The notes under the pieces: generated by a model
Seen by the model: only the letters and a program-made list of their open reading frames with translations
Databases searched by the model: none
What the model was told of the DNA's origin: nothing
Origin: the human T2T-CHM13v2.0 reference genome, Homo sapiens
Strand: one strand, 5' to 3'
Assembly (NCBI RefSeq): GCF_009914755.1
Contig: NC_060935.1
DNA: 64,000 nt
Shown: piece after piece, positions 13,500 through 27,116 of the stretch
Layout of the letters: the number at the start of each line of letters is the position of its first letter
Position numbering within the stretch: the stretch's first letter is position 1
Made by a program: the position numbers and the translations under genes

Positions 13500-14134
13500 T
13501 TATTTACTTTATTTTATTTTTTGTTGTTATGTTATTTTGTTTTTATTTTTATTTTAAATTTTAATTTATTTTTAAGTTCCAGGGTACATGTGCAGGATGT
13601 GCAAGTTTGTTACATAGGTATTTTATAATTGTATTTAATTCATGATTTTACCTGTTTAAAAAATTCTTCCTTTGGTGGAGCTTGCAGCGAGCCGATATTG
13701 TGCCACTGCACTCCAGCCTGGGCGACAGAATGAGACTCCATCTCAATATAAATAAATACATAAATAAATAAATAAATAAATATATAAATAAATAAAAAAT
13801 GCTTCCTTCAACACCTGTGTTGTTACATAGGTAAACATGTGCCATGATGGTTTGCTGCACCTCTCAACCCATCACCTAGGTATTAAGGTCAGCATGTATT
13901 AGATATTTTTCCTAATGCTCTCTCTCCCCCTGCATCCCCTCTCCTACTCAACAGGCCCCAATGTGTGTTGTTTCCCTCTCTGTGACCATGTGTTCTCATT
14001 GTTCAACTCCCACTTAAAAGTAAGAACATGAGATGTTTAGTTTTCTGGTCCTGTGTTAGTGTGCTAAAGATAATGGCTTCCAGCTCCATCCATGTCCCTG
14101 AAAAGGACATGATCGTGTTCCTTTTAATGGCTGT
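13500..14134 (-). mobile_element. 5'-truncated L1PA (about PA8-PA10) 3' UTR, interrupted at 13621-13819
   Basis: T-rich tail, then GGGTACATGTGCAGGATGTGCAAGTTTGTTACATAGGTA ... AACATGTGCCATGATGGTTTGCTGCAC ... GGACATGATC. Confidence 0.9.
13673..13793 (+). mobile_element. 5'-truncated AluY-type right-arm fragment with (TAAA)n tail
   Basis: GGAGCTTGCAG (Y-type diagnostic) ... GAGACTCCATCTC. 15-bp TSD AAAAAAT(T/G)CTTCCTT at 13658-13672 and 13794-13808. Confidence 0.9.
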
Positions 14135-15889
14135 GATATTTTAAATGTGGACTCTGGGGAGAGCGTAACTGAGGTGAAGCAGGATGAATAGACACTCACA
14201 CACATATATAGACCAATTATCAAAATAATTGAAATGTTAGAATTGGGAATAATACATTTTCTAAACCAAATCTACTTGTTTACAAATAAGGAAACTGAAA
14301 CCAAAGAGCTAAGTATTTTTAGACAATAAATATGTAGAATTGAATGGAAATTCGAATTTAAAATATTAATTTAAATAATGTAATCTGTGCATGCTTTAGG
14401 TAAAATAGTGGTAACATTCTTGAAACTATCTGTAGGCAGAAAGACAAAATATTTACCAGTTAAGAGAAATGATAGAAAATTAAGATTAGGGAAACTCATA
14501 AATATTAGAGCCCATTAGAGGACTCTGCATTCTTGAAATATAGAAATGTAACTATACAAACTCCTTGGAATTTACGTTTAGGAGAAATTGGCTAAAACTT
14601 CCTTTAAAAATTTTGTCTTTTGTTGTTTTTCTAAAAAAAAAACATGGTGACAAAAAATATCAGAAGGTAAGAGATTTCTATGAGGGTTGGAATGTGAATA
14701 ATTATTCAATAATTATGGTCAGAAATAAACTCTTTGGTAATTATTTCAGAGGCATGTGAAATTCAAGTAGCCTTCATTCTTAAATTCATTCTGGGTTTTT
14801 GACTTAATTCAGGTAATATCTTAGATTTTTTAAGATGCTAGGCAATGATTAAAAAGTGTTTTCAAGGCATTATAGCAGATAAATTGACTTGGAAAGGTGA
14901 ATAATGACCCAAAGGGAACAGAATTTCTGATCATTATTTACATTCACTTTCTTCCTTTCTCTCAGCTCCAGATGTCCTTGAACTGTTACTTCATTTTAAG
15001 AAACCCATAGGGTCTTTTGTAGTGGGTTCCTGTAACTATTTATGCTGATGCAAGAAGATTCAATAATTCAAAGGGTTGATAATAACCTGGAATCTGCTCT
15101 CCTTCTGGTGGAAAAAGAAGTTTAAATTAGATTTTTGTTTCTCTTTGTCTTAACATCAGACTGAGGTTCAAATTCAGCACCAACCAACACAGGTGTTGAA
15201 GGAAGCATTTTTTAAACAGGTAAAATCATGAATTAAATACAAATATAAAATAATGTCAAAGATTTTATTTAATTCATTCATTAATAAGGAAACCTAAATG
15301 ATGTCACAGTAGTTTGAAAAGAGATTTCAAAGTATCACACGTATATATTCAAACAGAACTGGTTAAATAAATTTATGACTAGATACACAATTAGATTTTT
15401 CACTAGCGGGGGAAGGTCAAGAAATCATTTGTTGCTTCAAAGGAAAGAATTCAATTGCACATTTATGGGCACAAAACATTTGCATCACTGTTTTTACAAT
15501 TTATAGACTTATAAGATAGCTCAAAGACAATGAAAGGCTCAAACACAATAGAAGCAAATAACCTGGAGTGGTACCCAATTAAACAATGCCTAGTTTTGTG
15601 CTCAAAATACCCAGTAATCTTTTTGATCCATTTAAAAGTTTTTCATAACTTTTCCTTACGCAGGCTGGGCCATCAAAGGCTTTTTTCTCTCAGGTTGCCC
15701 CTTTCTGTACAAGAGAAACAAAATATTATCTACTCGTTGCATTATAAATTAAATTAGAAAATATTTCTAAATCAACTCCTGATTCATGGTTGTCACTTGA
15801 TTAGATGCATTCTTCCCAATTACCTATCTTTGATGGGTTTTTTTTTTTCTGATAATGCCTCAATGGAAAGTGATTGATCAAATTTTCTT

Positions 15890-16058
15890 ATTTATTTTTT
15901 TGTTTTGTTTTTCAGACCAAGTCTCACTCTGTCACCTAGGCTAGAGTGCAGTGGCATATCCATGGCTCACTGTAGCCTCAACCTCTTGGGCTCAAGTGAT
16001 CCTCCTGCCTTGGCCTCCCAAAGTGTGAGATTACAGGTGTGAGCCACTGTGCCTGACC
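15890..16058 (-). mobile_element. Monomer-length AluJ/FRAM-like element (left-arm 5' end joined to right-arm 3' end)
   Basis: T-rich tail, GAGTGCAGTGGC...GCTCAAGTGATCCTCC...CCCAAAGTG...GAGCCACTGTGCCTGACC. TSD ATTTTCTT on both sides. Confidence 0.85.
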
Positions 16059-16125
16059 CTAGATTTTCTTTATGTGTTTTTGGCCATCTAGCATACATGC
16101 TTGCTGAACTTTCTTACTTCTTTTC

Positions 16126-16130
<5 letters not shown>

Positions 16131-16159
<29 letters not shown>
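16131..16159. repeat. (CA)n microsatellite
   Basis: About 14 CA units. Confidence 0.9.
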
Positions 16160-16162
<3 letters not shown>

Positions 16163-16164
16163 TA

Positions 16165-16340
16165 AGACATTTGCTCATACTATCTCATTTAATTGCATTT
16201 AATTGTTGAAACAACCCAACAAATTCCCTTTTCTAGTTAGGAAAACTGAGACTTAGAAAAGCTAAATTGCTCAAGATAACACATATAGTAGGTGAGTGGA
16301 CTGGCTTTAATTTGAAGTACACCTGAATTCGGAGTACTTA
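16165..16340 (-). mobile_element. MIR
   Basis: ATCTCATTTAAT ... GGAAAACTGAGACTTAGAAAAG ... TTGCTCAAGATAACACA core. Confidence 0.65.
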
Positions 16341-17351
16341 ATTTAATCTTCCCTCTAATCTATCCAGTTAGGTGTTTTGGCTGTGTAGGCAGCACCCACT
16401 AAATAGATAATTGGGTCAGTCTGTAAGTATGCATTCATGTTTGCCTGGATTTTTACCCACATTTATTTCCTCCTTTTTGAGTGGTTTTACATTTTTTAGA
16501 TGATATGCCCTAAAGCTCAATTATTCTTCAGTCAACACTGACGAAAACGTCCAACCACCACAGAAGAACTATGCACAAAAATTATTATTTCTAACATGTT
16601 GTCTGTGTCTACGAGACAATCTAAAAACACTGGGAATGGAATCCCAGCCAGCTGCCATTCGTAACAATTCAAATCACAAGAAAGCAGTCAGGCAGGCAAG
16701 CCTCCTCAGGTGCGCCTCTGGACATAGGTGGCACATTTAGGTACGCAGAGCAAATATAGTCTCTGAGAACAATTTGTCATTGCTGCTCCAATACCTTCAA
16801 ATTAGAAGTAGCAGCAAAACAAGAGAAATACACACACATCTAAAAACCAGCTTTAATTCTGTTGAGGGGGATCAGATCCCAAAGGTTTTCAGTGATCTTC
16901 TCTTTATTTTTGTATAAATCCCTATAAGCCAGTTAATCCTCTTAATTTCCCTAACCTCATTTACATTTTCAATGCTAATTTCCCACCAGGTTATAAATTC
17001 CTTGGGTGAGGTGTTTCCTTAGCCTTGTTCTCACTTTATTTGCTTCTCCCAGTTCTAATTTCAGCTTAAAGTTTTGTCGCTGCCTACTTCTAAGTCTGGC
17101 ACTATCATGTACTCTACAAGATGAAGACTGGTTTGTTCTAATGACAGAGAATCAAAAATAGAATATTTAAGGAAACCGTTGGCAATTCTAACATTTAGAG
17201 ACTGTCACTAGGTGACTTGTGCAAGCTCATAAACTCAGAAACACAAGAAATGTACATTTACTTATATAAACTAGAAACATGTGCACACACATACATACAT
17301 ACACTCAGCATGAAAAAATCTCATCCCCCAAAAGTGTTTTAATTAAAATGT

Positions 17352-17456
17352 TGATGGAGTTTAGGACATACTAACCCCAAATATGGCACCCTGGCATTTG
17401 AAAAAACAAGAGGAAAGAGAAGGTCACTCTCAACTTCCCCTCATCCCTTCTCCTGA
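17352..17456 (+). mobile_element. MER34/MER39-like ERV1 LTR, 5' fragment
   Basis: TGATGGAGTTTAGGACATACTAACCCCAAATATGGCACCCTGGCATTTG resembles the recalled MER34-group LTR start. Confidence 0.6.
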
Positions 17457-17715
17457 TAGTTTCTTTCACTGTACAGAAGCTTTAGTTTAATTAGATCCCA
17501 CTTGTCAATTTTTGTTTTTGTTGCAATTGCTTTTGGGGACTTAGCCAAAAATTCTTTGCCAAGGCTCGATATCAAGATGGGTATTCCTAGGTTTCCATCT
17601 AAGATTTTTATAGTTTGAGATCTTACATTTAAATCATTAAATCCTTCTTATTTTTTTGTATATGGTGAAAGGCAAGGGTCTAGTTTCATTCTTCTGCATA
17701 TGGCTGGGCAGTTAT
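17454..17715 (-). mobile_element. Internal L1 ORF2 fragment (L1PB/L1MA-like)
   Basis: GATAGTTTCTTT...CAGAAGCTTTAGTTTAATTAGATCCCACTTGTCAATTTTTG...TTCATTCTTCTGCATATGGCT. Confidence 0.85.
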
Positions 17716-18414
17716 GGACTCCACAGGGGTCGTATATAACCTTACTGCATGCCAGGTAAAATTGATTAACGTGATAGAAATTCAGCAAACCTTCAGAGAA
17801 CTCAGAACACTGTCTTCTTGTTTTGTTTCATTTCTAAAAATTGTTTCCATATTATTATGTGTTTTCCCCACATAAATATCTGCATGACCTTTTTTGTGTA
17901 CAAAGTATTAACACTTCTGTGTTAAGTTCAGGGATATCAAATATTCCTGTATTCACCCTCGCACATTTTACAGAGCGAGGCCTAAGATTTTGAATATAAT
18001 AAAGCTTAGCGAATATTTGTTATGTGAATGACAAACTCTAAACATATATAAAGTATAATATTTGGAACAGTAATAATGAACTCTTGGCCTACTACCAGAA
18101 ATAGGCTATTAGGACAGCTTGCGTGGTCAACACAATATTTTGTAAATAACTGGAGTTAGTCGTCACTGTTTAAGAAATTTTGCATTTAAACAAACAATAT
18201 TTTAGGCTTCTCTTAACATACCAGGAAATCTGAGAGCGCTGGACTGACTTTCCTACCTGCCAAAAATTGGCTAGAATGAAGTAAGGAAACCCTTTTAGAG
18301 GAGGTTATACACTCCCCAGCTTACCACAGAAACTACTTGCTATTTGATACCAGGCCTCCATTAGTGATTTGATCTTTTGGTTTCAGTTTCTGCTTGTGTT
18401 AAAATATGACTTGA

Positions 18415-18781
<367 letters not shown>

Positions 18782-20179
18782 TTAGGAGATCTCTAATTCT
18801 TCACTGTGTATGTGTTTATACATGGCTTTTTCTAGGAAATGGTTCTGCCAAATTTTCAAAGGAATGCATATTTAAAAAAATCAAGAAACGTGGGATTAGT
18901 CAGGCAGTGAATAAGTGAGTATTTACTGAATATCTACTACATAAAGCATCCTGAGGTCTTTCAAGTGTACACATGCACAAAAGCAAAAACAACATTGACC
19001 GAGATTTTACATATAGCTAAGAACTAATCAACGTTTCACTGAATTAATTTAGCATTGTGCTTAAAACTGAATGACAGTCTCTCAACAGCAGTTCTCAGCT
19101 GAAACACACATTTCACAGCAGCAGTTTTCTTAGACTTTGATCAGACTATTCAGCCTCCATACTTTAGCCAAGAAAAAGGACTTCAAATAAAGGGAAAGTC
19201 TTGTGGTGAAAGACTTCTCAACCTGAAACTAAAAGTACATACACTGCTTGTCACCTTCTTTCTCAACATCCCCAATTTATACAAAGTATGACATTTTAGA
19301 AAATCAAAGGGTTTAATATTGACTCAACTCAATCCAAAATATTCCAACTGATTAAATATACAACCACCTTCTTTGGTATTTAATGACTCTTGAAGCTAAA
19401 CTAAATCTCTAAGAAGCATGAGTGTCTTCCTAGTTTAAGACTTTTTTGTTTGTCTTGATTTTTTAAAGTGAGCAACGCATGCCTCAGAACAGTTCTATCT
19501 ATATTCTATGCAGATATACTCACACCATCACACCACCTGGGTTTAAAAAACATTAAATTGAATCTCATGGAAAAGATTGCCATTAAAAGGAATTTGTTTT
19601 AGAATTCAAGAGGTCACCTGCAAAAGGATAATTTTAACTATGTTTTTAAGAAAGGAGAACCATCGTATTTGAACTGCTTTTATATATGTACAAGCAACTC
19701 TTGTTCCAGGTTTGCACACAGAGAGGAGCAGCTTCTTCCACAACTGCAAACTATTAATGGGAAATTCTTATAGCAAGGTTGGTTATAGTTACTGGTCCCA
19801 AGTAAAGGGAAAAAAATAGACTAGGCAGAAGAGCTCATTTTTAATGGTTGTAAAGATATCTTCTCAGAAATACGAGGAAAGGAAGTCTTATGAATTAGGA
19901 ATGAGAGAAAGGATATAAAAGTTACATTTCAGATATGGATAAACATTTTAGACTGCATTTTCTGACTACATACAGGCATTCAGAGAGTATAGTGATTGCC
20001 ATACAGTACTGTTCCGGTCTTAAAGCTGTAAAATAGTATGTTTTATGTATCTGTAATAATGAAGTAGACTTGCATAGTACTCTAGATTTTATAAAGATTA
20101 TTACATACATTATGTCACATTATCATTAACAGATTAGAGAAGTTACCATCAATAAGTGGTTGAATTATAATCCAAGACC

Positions 20180-20460
20180 AGATACATACACAAACATACA
20201 CAGAAATGTGCACACACTCATACACATATATAAACATACACACTCACATATACTTTCATACATACACATATACTCAAACACATTTATGAATATGTACAAA
20301 CACACTAACAGACTGGAAGCCTACACTTAATATTCACACAGCTCACAAACATATACTCACAGCCTCACGCTTGTACTCATACACTCAAATACATATAGTC
20401 ACACAATTATGGATTCACAAACACTGACACATATGATCTACTTAAGTATATGTACACTTT
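20180..20460. repeat. Degenerate CA/CATA low-complexity tract
   Basis: Repeated ACAC/ACAT/ACTC motifs over about 280 bp. Confidence 0.7.
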
Positions 20461-22089
20461 TGAAAATTTTGTGGATCTGATTTGTTGGCCTTCTGCAGCT
20501 GTACTATGTTAAAAGATAAATTTCCCAAATCAAAATATGATGACAAGAATTTACTCACCTAAATTCACTAGCACAGATCTCTAAATTAAAGAAAAGATGC
20601 AGAAAGAGCTTTAATCTCTTTCCAACTAAAATGGTTTACAGTTATAAGAGTGTACTATTTAATCTTTATTTGTCTTGTATATCTCCTCTTTGATATAGGA
20701 CAAACTACTTGTTCCATGATGATATATCTTTGTCAGATGATAGCAAACCTGTTGGGTTTCTGAAATACTTAGTTGTGAATTGCAGTCACAATGTTCTTGT
20801 AATCCAATATAAAGACCTTCCATGAGACTAGAAACCAGGTGTGGCAACCTAGAGAGCAAATATGCTCAAAGGTCTATTTGTCAGTTGATATACACAATCA
20901 CCAAAAGCTGACCTCTGAGTCCCTTTACAGGCATCTAACTTTATGTTCCTACACAAAACAAAATTTTCTCTAATTTACAATGTTAAGTTGCTTAACTTAA
21001 AAGTCAGAACAAAAATGAGCCACATGGAGAGACCATAAGGAGTGTAGGTGGAAAGATTAAAATTGAAGCATAATTCAATGTCTAATGCACACTTCCTTGC
21101 CGCAACTGGGTTCCCTCCACCTCCCTAAAGCTCTCTTCTTCATCACCTTCTATCTAATATTTTTTCTGCATTTCACTCACATCAATTTTGTCTTAGATCT
21201 TCAAGGGGCTGTGCTGCTAATGAAATCTCCAGTTTGCTAATGGGCAATACAATCATAGTCGCAGTTGCATGATGATCTATGTTTCACATCTTAATTTGTG
21301 TCAGTCACAGGGATACCTTCTTTTTGTTGTTGTTGTTAAATGTTTCTATCTTGCATTAAAAACCTCAGACAATTACAGACACTTCAACGACTGGCTGTAA
21401 ACAAGCAGCTGTCTTTCAGTCCCTACCACATGGAAAGACATTTATCTTGTTATAATTGGCATAGATAGTAATTGTGAACCATGAGGCAATTACTAGATGA
21501 AAGGAGGCCCTGGTTAGCACCTTTGCATTCCAATGAACTACTGCCACCTGTTTTGTTTTTTTTTTTCCTTCTTTGCTTTATGCAAGTCTCATCGAAATCC
21601 AAAATGATTATACAGAATAGACCTTTTTTTTTTTTTTTTTTTTTTTGCATGACGAGGAAGGGATTGAATTCAGAGTATTTGATTTGATGAGCTTGATCTA
21701 TTTCTTCTTATGTTCCAGCAGTGCCTACAATGGACATGGGAGAACTTGATTCTCAGAGGCTGAGTTGGACTCCCAAATGGGCAGATCATAGATAGGATGA
21801 GACAGTCAAATCCCCTTGGCTCTTGCACTTTATGGCTGCAGACCACAACACCATCAACACGCTTAGAAAGAATATGTTTTTAAATTGTAAACAGCACTTC
21901 CTTGTCCTCTCAGATGCTGATTGTGGCTAAGGCTACAAATTTAAAACTTAAATGAAACTTTACTTAAGGTTTTATTAATTAAAAATGTTAAATGTTGCTG
22001 CTATTGTTCAAATCTGCTATAAAAGGAAGTTTGTATCAAGGCTATTCCTTCCACTTACTTTTCCAAATCAATAATGATATCTGATATTT

Positions 22090-22550
22090 CAGTCTTTACT
22101 TTGTGCCACACTAAATAATATGAGTGCATTATCTCAGTTAAACTTTCAGAAAACTCAATTACTCTTACTCTTAAACATGAAAAAACCAAGGCATAAAAAA
22201 AAAAATTAAGCAACTTGCCCAAGCTCACGTACTTAGTAAATAAATGAGCTATTGTGTCCACAGCTGTCTGACATTAAAATGTCATTTTTAACATTTATTT
22301 TACCATTATGATTTAAAAGGCAAAACCATATAGATGCTAAACAATTATTTATAATAAATAACCTATAACATTGCATTAATAGCCATAGTTAAGTGTTAGT
22401 TTTTATTGCACTGTACCTCATTTCTCACCTGAACTCCACAACCACCAAGAATGATGGATAAGGTATTATAATCTCTATTTGATGGACAAAAACATTGAAA
22501 GAGAGGTAAAGTGGCTTTCCAAAACACACAACATATATCCAATCATTCCC
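22090..22550 (-). mobile_element. Two MIR remnants
   Basis: TTAAGCAACTTGCCCAAGCTCAC and GAGAGGTAAAGTGGCTTTCC cores. Confidence 0.55.
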
Positions 22551-24744
22551 TCCCCCACACACCTCATCACATACACCTAATGAAGTGCAGTAGAAACAAG
22601 ATTCCTGAATTTTGATAATCTTCAAACTGTCATCTCTCCTTTGGGTGATATATTAGAAGCCAAATTGTGAGTGTTACATGTTCCCAGGAAAATCTGAGCT
22701 GAACATAATGAATAGTGATATTATTGGTAGAATTTTTTATAAATCCATAGGGACTATGCAGATTCTAGTAACATGAAAAAGAATAGAAGGAAAACTTCGA
22801 ACCGTGTCACAGTGGTGGAAGAAGCAATACAAGTGCATAAAAAAATGAATCTTCATTGTGAATGCAGGATAATATTTTTTCCAAAGACTCTGTCAACTGG
22901 ATAATGATTTAGCATGGAGGGAGAATTCCCAATGTGAGCACATTCAGAATAGTCCTTTCCCAAATGTCTGTTTATTTTGACTGGTTTCTTGACTCCATAA
23001 TGTTGAGAGATAATTAACAATTGTTTTTGGATCAATATTTCCTTGACCAGACTGGAGCTAGGTCTTGGTGAGAATAACATAGTAGAACCAAATTTGTTAA
23101 CTGTCATCAAGGAACTTACAAAGGTCAATGGTGGTGAAAATACACACAAAAAAGCTATGCTCATAAATTATAAAGTGCTAAACGTTGTGCTATAGACTAC
23201 AGGAGTTCAGCTAACAGTGAAGACAATGTTTACCAGTTTCACAACAGATCAAGTAGAACGCAGTTATGTGATATACTAGTGGAGAAAACTGTCTTCAAAA
23301 ATCCCCTCCCTGAAATTAGTCACATAATACAAGACATTTAACTTACCTGTAAATTTTACATTATTTAGTATTGTTGAAAGTACTTGCATCAATCCAAGTC
23401 TCCTCTAAAATATCCTCACTGTAGTTCAATCAGAAAAGCCATGGGAGCATTGCAGTACCAGGGATAAGTAGGGCAAAATGCCTGAGGCCTATTACTCTTG
23501 CTTTTCTCTTCAATAAGTAATCCTGAGCCCTTTTTGTAGTTCATTAACATTCATTTATCTTGAGCTCTTGTTGAATGCTTCTTGTTATCCATTTCAATGA
23601 GCATTTCTTGAAAATCGTTACTCATCACTGATTTTTTTTCTCCTTTTGGTTGCTGTTTACTGGCCAGGAATATACGTTGATGTCATTTAATCTCATTCAT
23701 TTTATGATAAGGCAAAGAATATTTCTCCTTAATTACTCACATGCTGTAAGAGACCTAAAAGTTTTATACTTGATTTTTTTCATGTTGTTGGTGAGGAAAC
23801 TGAGACACCTTAAGCAGTTAAATTTCAAGACCATGGGGCATAGATAATAGTTGGCATCAGAAGAGAATCACTCTTTCCTCTTATTTCCTTTTTACATCTC
23901 TTCAAGCTGTTTCGTTCCCATAAGAATATTTATAACCTCCTGGCATTTGAAAGCAAGTTAGTGGAAAGATAATTACTCCTCAACATTTGCTACTAAATGG
24001 ATAGAGTCATCCAGACCATGGAGACAGAAGGACGAGTTGACGTTCGTGCCTTTAATCTGTTATGTCCAACTGTTCCTCTTTTTCTGAAAACTCCTGCTGA
24101 CTTCAAGTAAGGATATGTGCTCTTTTGGTGTTGAACATATGAGATAAGGTCCGTGATGAATTCACATAGCTTTAGTGGGAACAACTAAACATCTCAATAA
24201 GGTAAGGGGCCCAAAGATTCCCCATCTAGAATGGATTAGCCATCTCTCAGTAACACAGAGAAAGCCCAGCTATTATTATTGTAGGGTACTGACTTCCATC
24301 TAGAAAGTATTTTCCTATCTCAGTGAGAGGTGAGACTTTGATAAGGGTGAGTCCAAAAGCACCCTGTGGGTATCTTTTGCCCTGGGAATAAGGTAACCTT
24401 GTAGATGGTAAATTTCAAGTACACACAGAACCCCCAGTATCCTTATGTATTTGTGGCCATTGCCCCAACTTGAAGAAAGTAATAATCACAAAATGTTACA
24501 CAATTCCATGTGCATTTCATTTTGTATCCTGACTCCTAAGACCTAAAAAGAACAGAGAACTAACCAGTAGAAAGAAAAAGACAAAGAAATTTATTTTGCT
24601 TTATGAGCATAAATATTTGAACTGGCCATATTTTCCATTTGCATCATCATTTCAAAAGCTTGTATGCTTAATTTTTTCTTCAAAATGCTAATAAAGGAAT
24701 AACTCTATATTATCTTTATAACAAAATGATTGCAACATTAGATA

Positions 24745-24925
24745 ACGTGCTTTGTGTATCAGATATTTGGTTACATGTTTTCTATCATGTTTCTTCTTCA
24801 CAGCCATTCCACAAGGTAAGTATCATTGCCTGTATTTTACAGACAAGGACACCCTTGATGAGATTAAGTAGTCTAAATCACACAGTTAGTAAGTAGAGGG
24901 AAAATTTATTATCTCTTTCTGACTC
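24745..24925 (-). mobile_element. MIR
   Basis: AAGGTAAGTATCATTGCCTGTATTTTACAGACAAGG ... CACACAGTTAGTAAGT. Confidence 0.6.
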
Positions 24926-25479
24926 TAATTTTGGGGACCCGGAGGGATTATAAAAATGAAACACTTGCTCAGAGACCACAGATGTGCTATGTGGCCAACT
25001 CTACTGATATCAAACTGTTTCTAACTCTAGGGACAGAGAGGAAAAGAGATTAAAGACATCACTCTTGTTAAAAATGTTATAATGATTGGGGATAGAACAG
25101 TCATGGTTTGGCATATTTCAGAACAACTCTTTAGATCCCTCGCTTACTGTTATTTCTAATTTTGTTTCAACAAGAATTTAAACTGTGCACATCTTGAGGT
25201 TGACCATTGTGAATTAATAAATCAGCCAAACATCCAGCGTTTGCACTTCAGTATAGTTTGTTATTCTCTGATGGTCACTGTTGAGGGATCAGTAGCACTC
25301 ATGAATAACCAACTTAGTTTCACGGTGAAAAATGGCTTAGAAAACACAACCATTTACTCATCCTTATTACTGAACTATAGAGAAAGCTAAGTAGTCTAAC
25401 AATATGACAGCTATTGACTATAAGAGCAAACAAAATAAAAACTTTTATAAATGACTTTTATTTGGCAGATCTGAAGGAA

Positions 25480-26160
25480 GGTGTACATCTTAGTAATCTT
25501 AGATTATAAAATGGATTTTGGATATGACATCAAAAGCAGAAGAAACCAAAGAAAAAATAAATTAATTAGGCTTTATCAAAATTAACAATTGTTGTGCTTC
25601 AAAGGCCACTACCAAAAAAATGATGAAGCAAACCACAGAATGTGACAACATATTTATAAATCATATCTCTAATAAGGATCTTGAAGTCCAAATATATATT
25701 AAAACAACCTCCTACAACTCAACAGTAAAAAGACATATAACATAATTAAAAATTCGCAAAAAATTTGAATAGACATTCTAGTTGAATAAGCATATAAAAA
25801 GATGCTCAACATCATTATTCATTAGAAAAATTCCAATCAAAACCACAAGATGCCACATAACATCAGTATAATTATTATAATTTTTAAAAAGATAGATAAT
25901 AACAAATGTTAGCAAGGATTTGGAGAAATTAACTCTCTTACATTGCTGGTGATGATGTAATATGATGCAACTACTATGGAAAACAATTTGCTAGTTTTTT
26001 GGGTGCTGAAATTATTCTGGAATTAGATAATGGTGATAGTTGCACAATCTTGTGATTTGACTAAAAACTAACAAACTTTACATATAAAAATGGTGAGTGT
26101 TATGCTAGGTGAGTACCTCAAAGAGAAATAATTTAATAAAATAAAAAATTTAAAAAAGAT
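25480..26160 (+). mobile_element. Old L1 (L1MB-like) ORF2 end plus 3' UTR tip, internally deleted near 26000
   Basis: TTGGATATGACATCAAAAGCA, AAAAGATGCTCAACATCATTA, then ATTCTGGAATTAGATAATGGTGATAGTTGCACAA and an A-rich tail. Confidence 0.8.
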
Positions 26161-26813
26161 TACCTTAACTGTTTCAAGCAGTGCTTTGATGACCCCATTC
26201 CTTGCTCCAGAAATGCTCATGACTCCTTGTTAATCACAGAATTAAAATCCAATTCCTGGTAATGCCTTTTGGAACTGTGTATAATTAAATTCAATCCTCA
26301 TCTGTTTATATTTTTAAACTATTCTCCTTGAAGTCTTTTATGTTCCAAGAAAAATAAAATTTCCCCATACTTCCCTCCTTGTATACTTTCTCATGGTGTC
26401 CCTCACCTTGATGTGTATATACACACACACACATCCTATCCTTCTTTGCTTTTTGAAGGGGAAACTATATAGCTAATAACCCCATCTCTTCTCCAGAGGT
26501 TTTTCTCCCCTTTCTGATCTCCCAAAGCATTTTATCAATAGAGCTCTTAAACCACATTTTGCTCTGAACTTTATACTTGAGTTATTTTTGTCCCTGCCAT
26601 AACTTTTCTACTTCATGCTAAAATGCTTGGCAGCAGAATAAATACTTTTTTTACCTTTTCTTTTTAAGAGGTAGTACTAAAAGCAAATGTACTCATGAAA
26701 AGGTAAATGAATGAGCATGTGAATAAATTGCTATTTAAATAAACCAGCAATGTGTGTTGGGATGTGTAAAAGAGGAAATATCTGGAATAAGATTTTCAGT
26801 TTAGATTCTTTAC

Positions 26814-27116
26814 TTTTTTTTTTTTTTTTTTTTTTGGAGATAGAGTCTCACTCTGTTGCCCATGCTGGAGTGCAGTGGCACAATCTCAGCTCACTGCAAC
26901 CTCCGACTCCCTGATTCAAGCAATTCTCCTGCCTCAGCCTCCTGAGTAGCTGGGATTGCAGGCACGCACTACCATGCCCAGCTAGTTTTTGTATTTTTAG
27001 TAGAGACAGGGTTTCACCATGTTGGCCAAGATAGTCTTGATCTCCTGACCTCGTGATCCACCCTCCTCGGTCTCCCAAAGTGCTGGGATTACAGGCGTGA
27101 GCCACTGCGCCCAGCC
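26814..27116 (-). mobile_element. AluSc-like, full length
   Basis: Poly-T head, TTGATCTCCTGACCTCGTGATCC, TSD GATTCT(T/G)TA. Confidence 0.93.

Noticed and set aside
15140-15800. Possible old ERV1 internal fragment containing the donor of the inverted insert
   Set aside because: Resemblance from memory was too weak to name a family. Needs a Dfam search.
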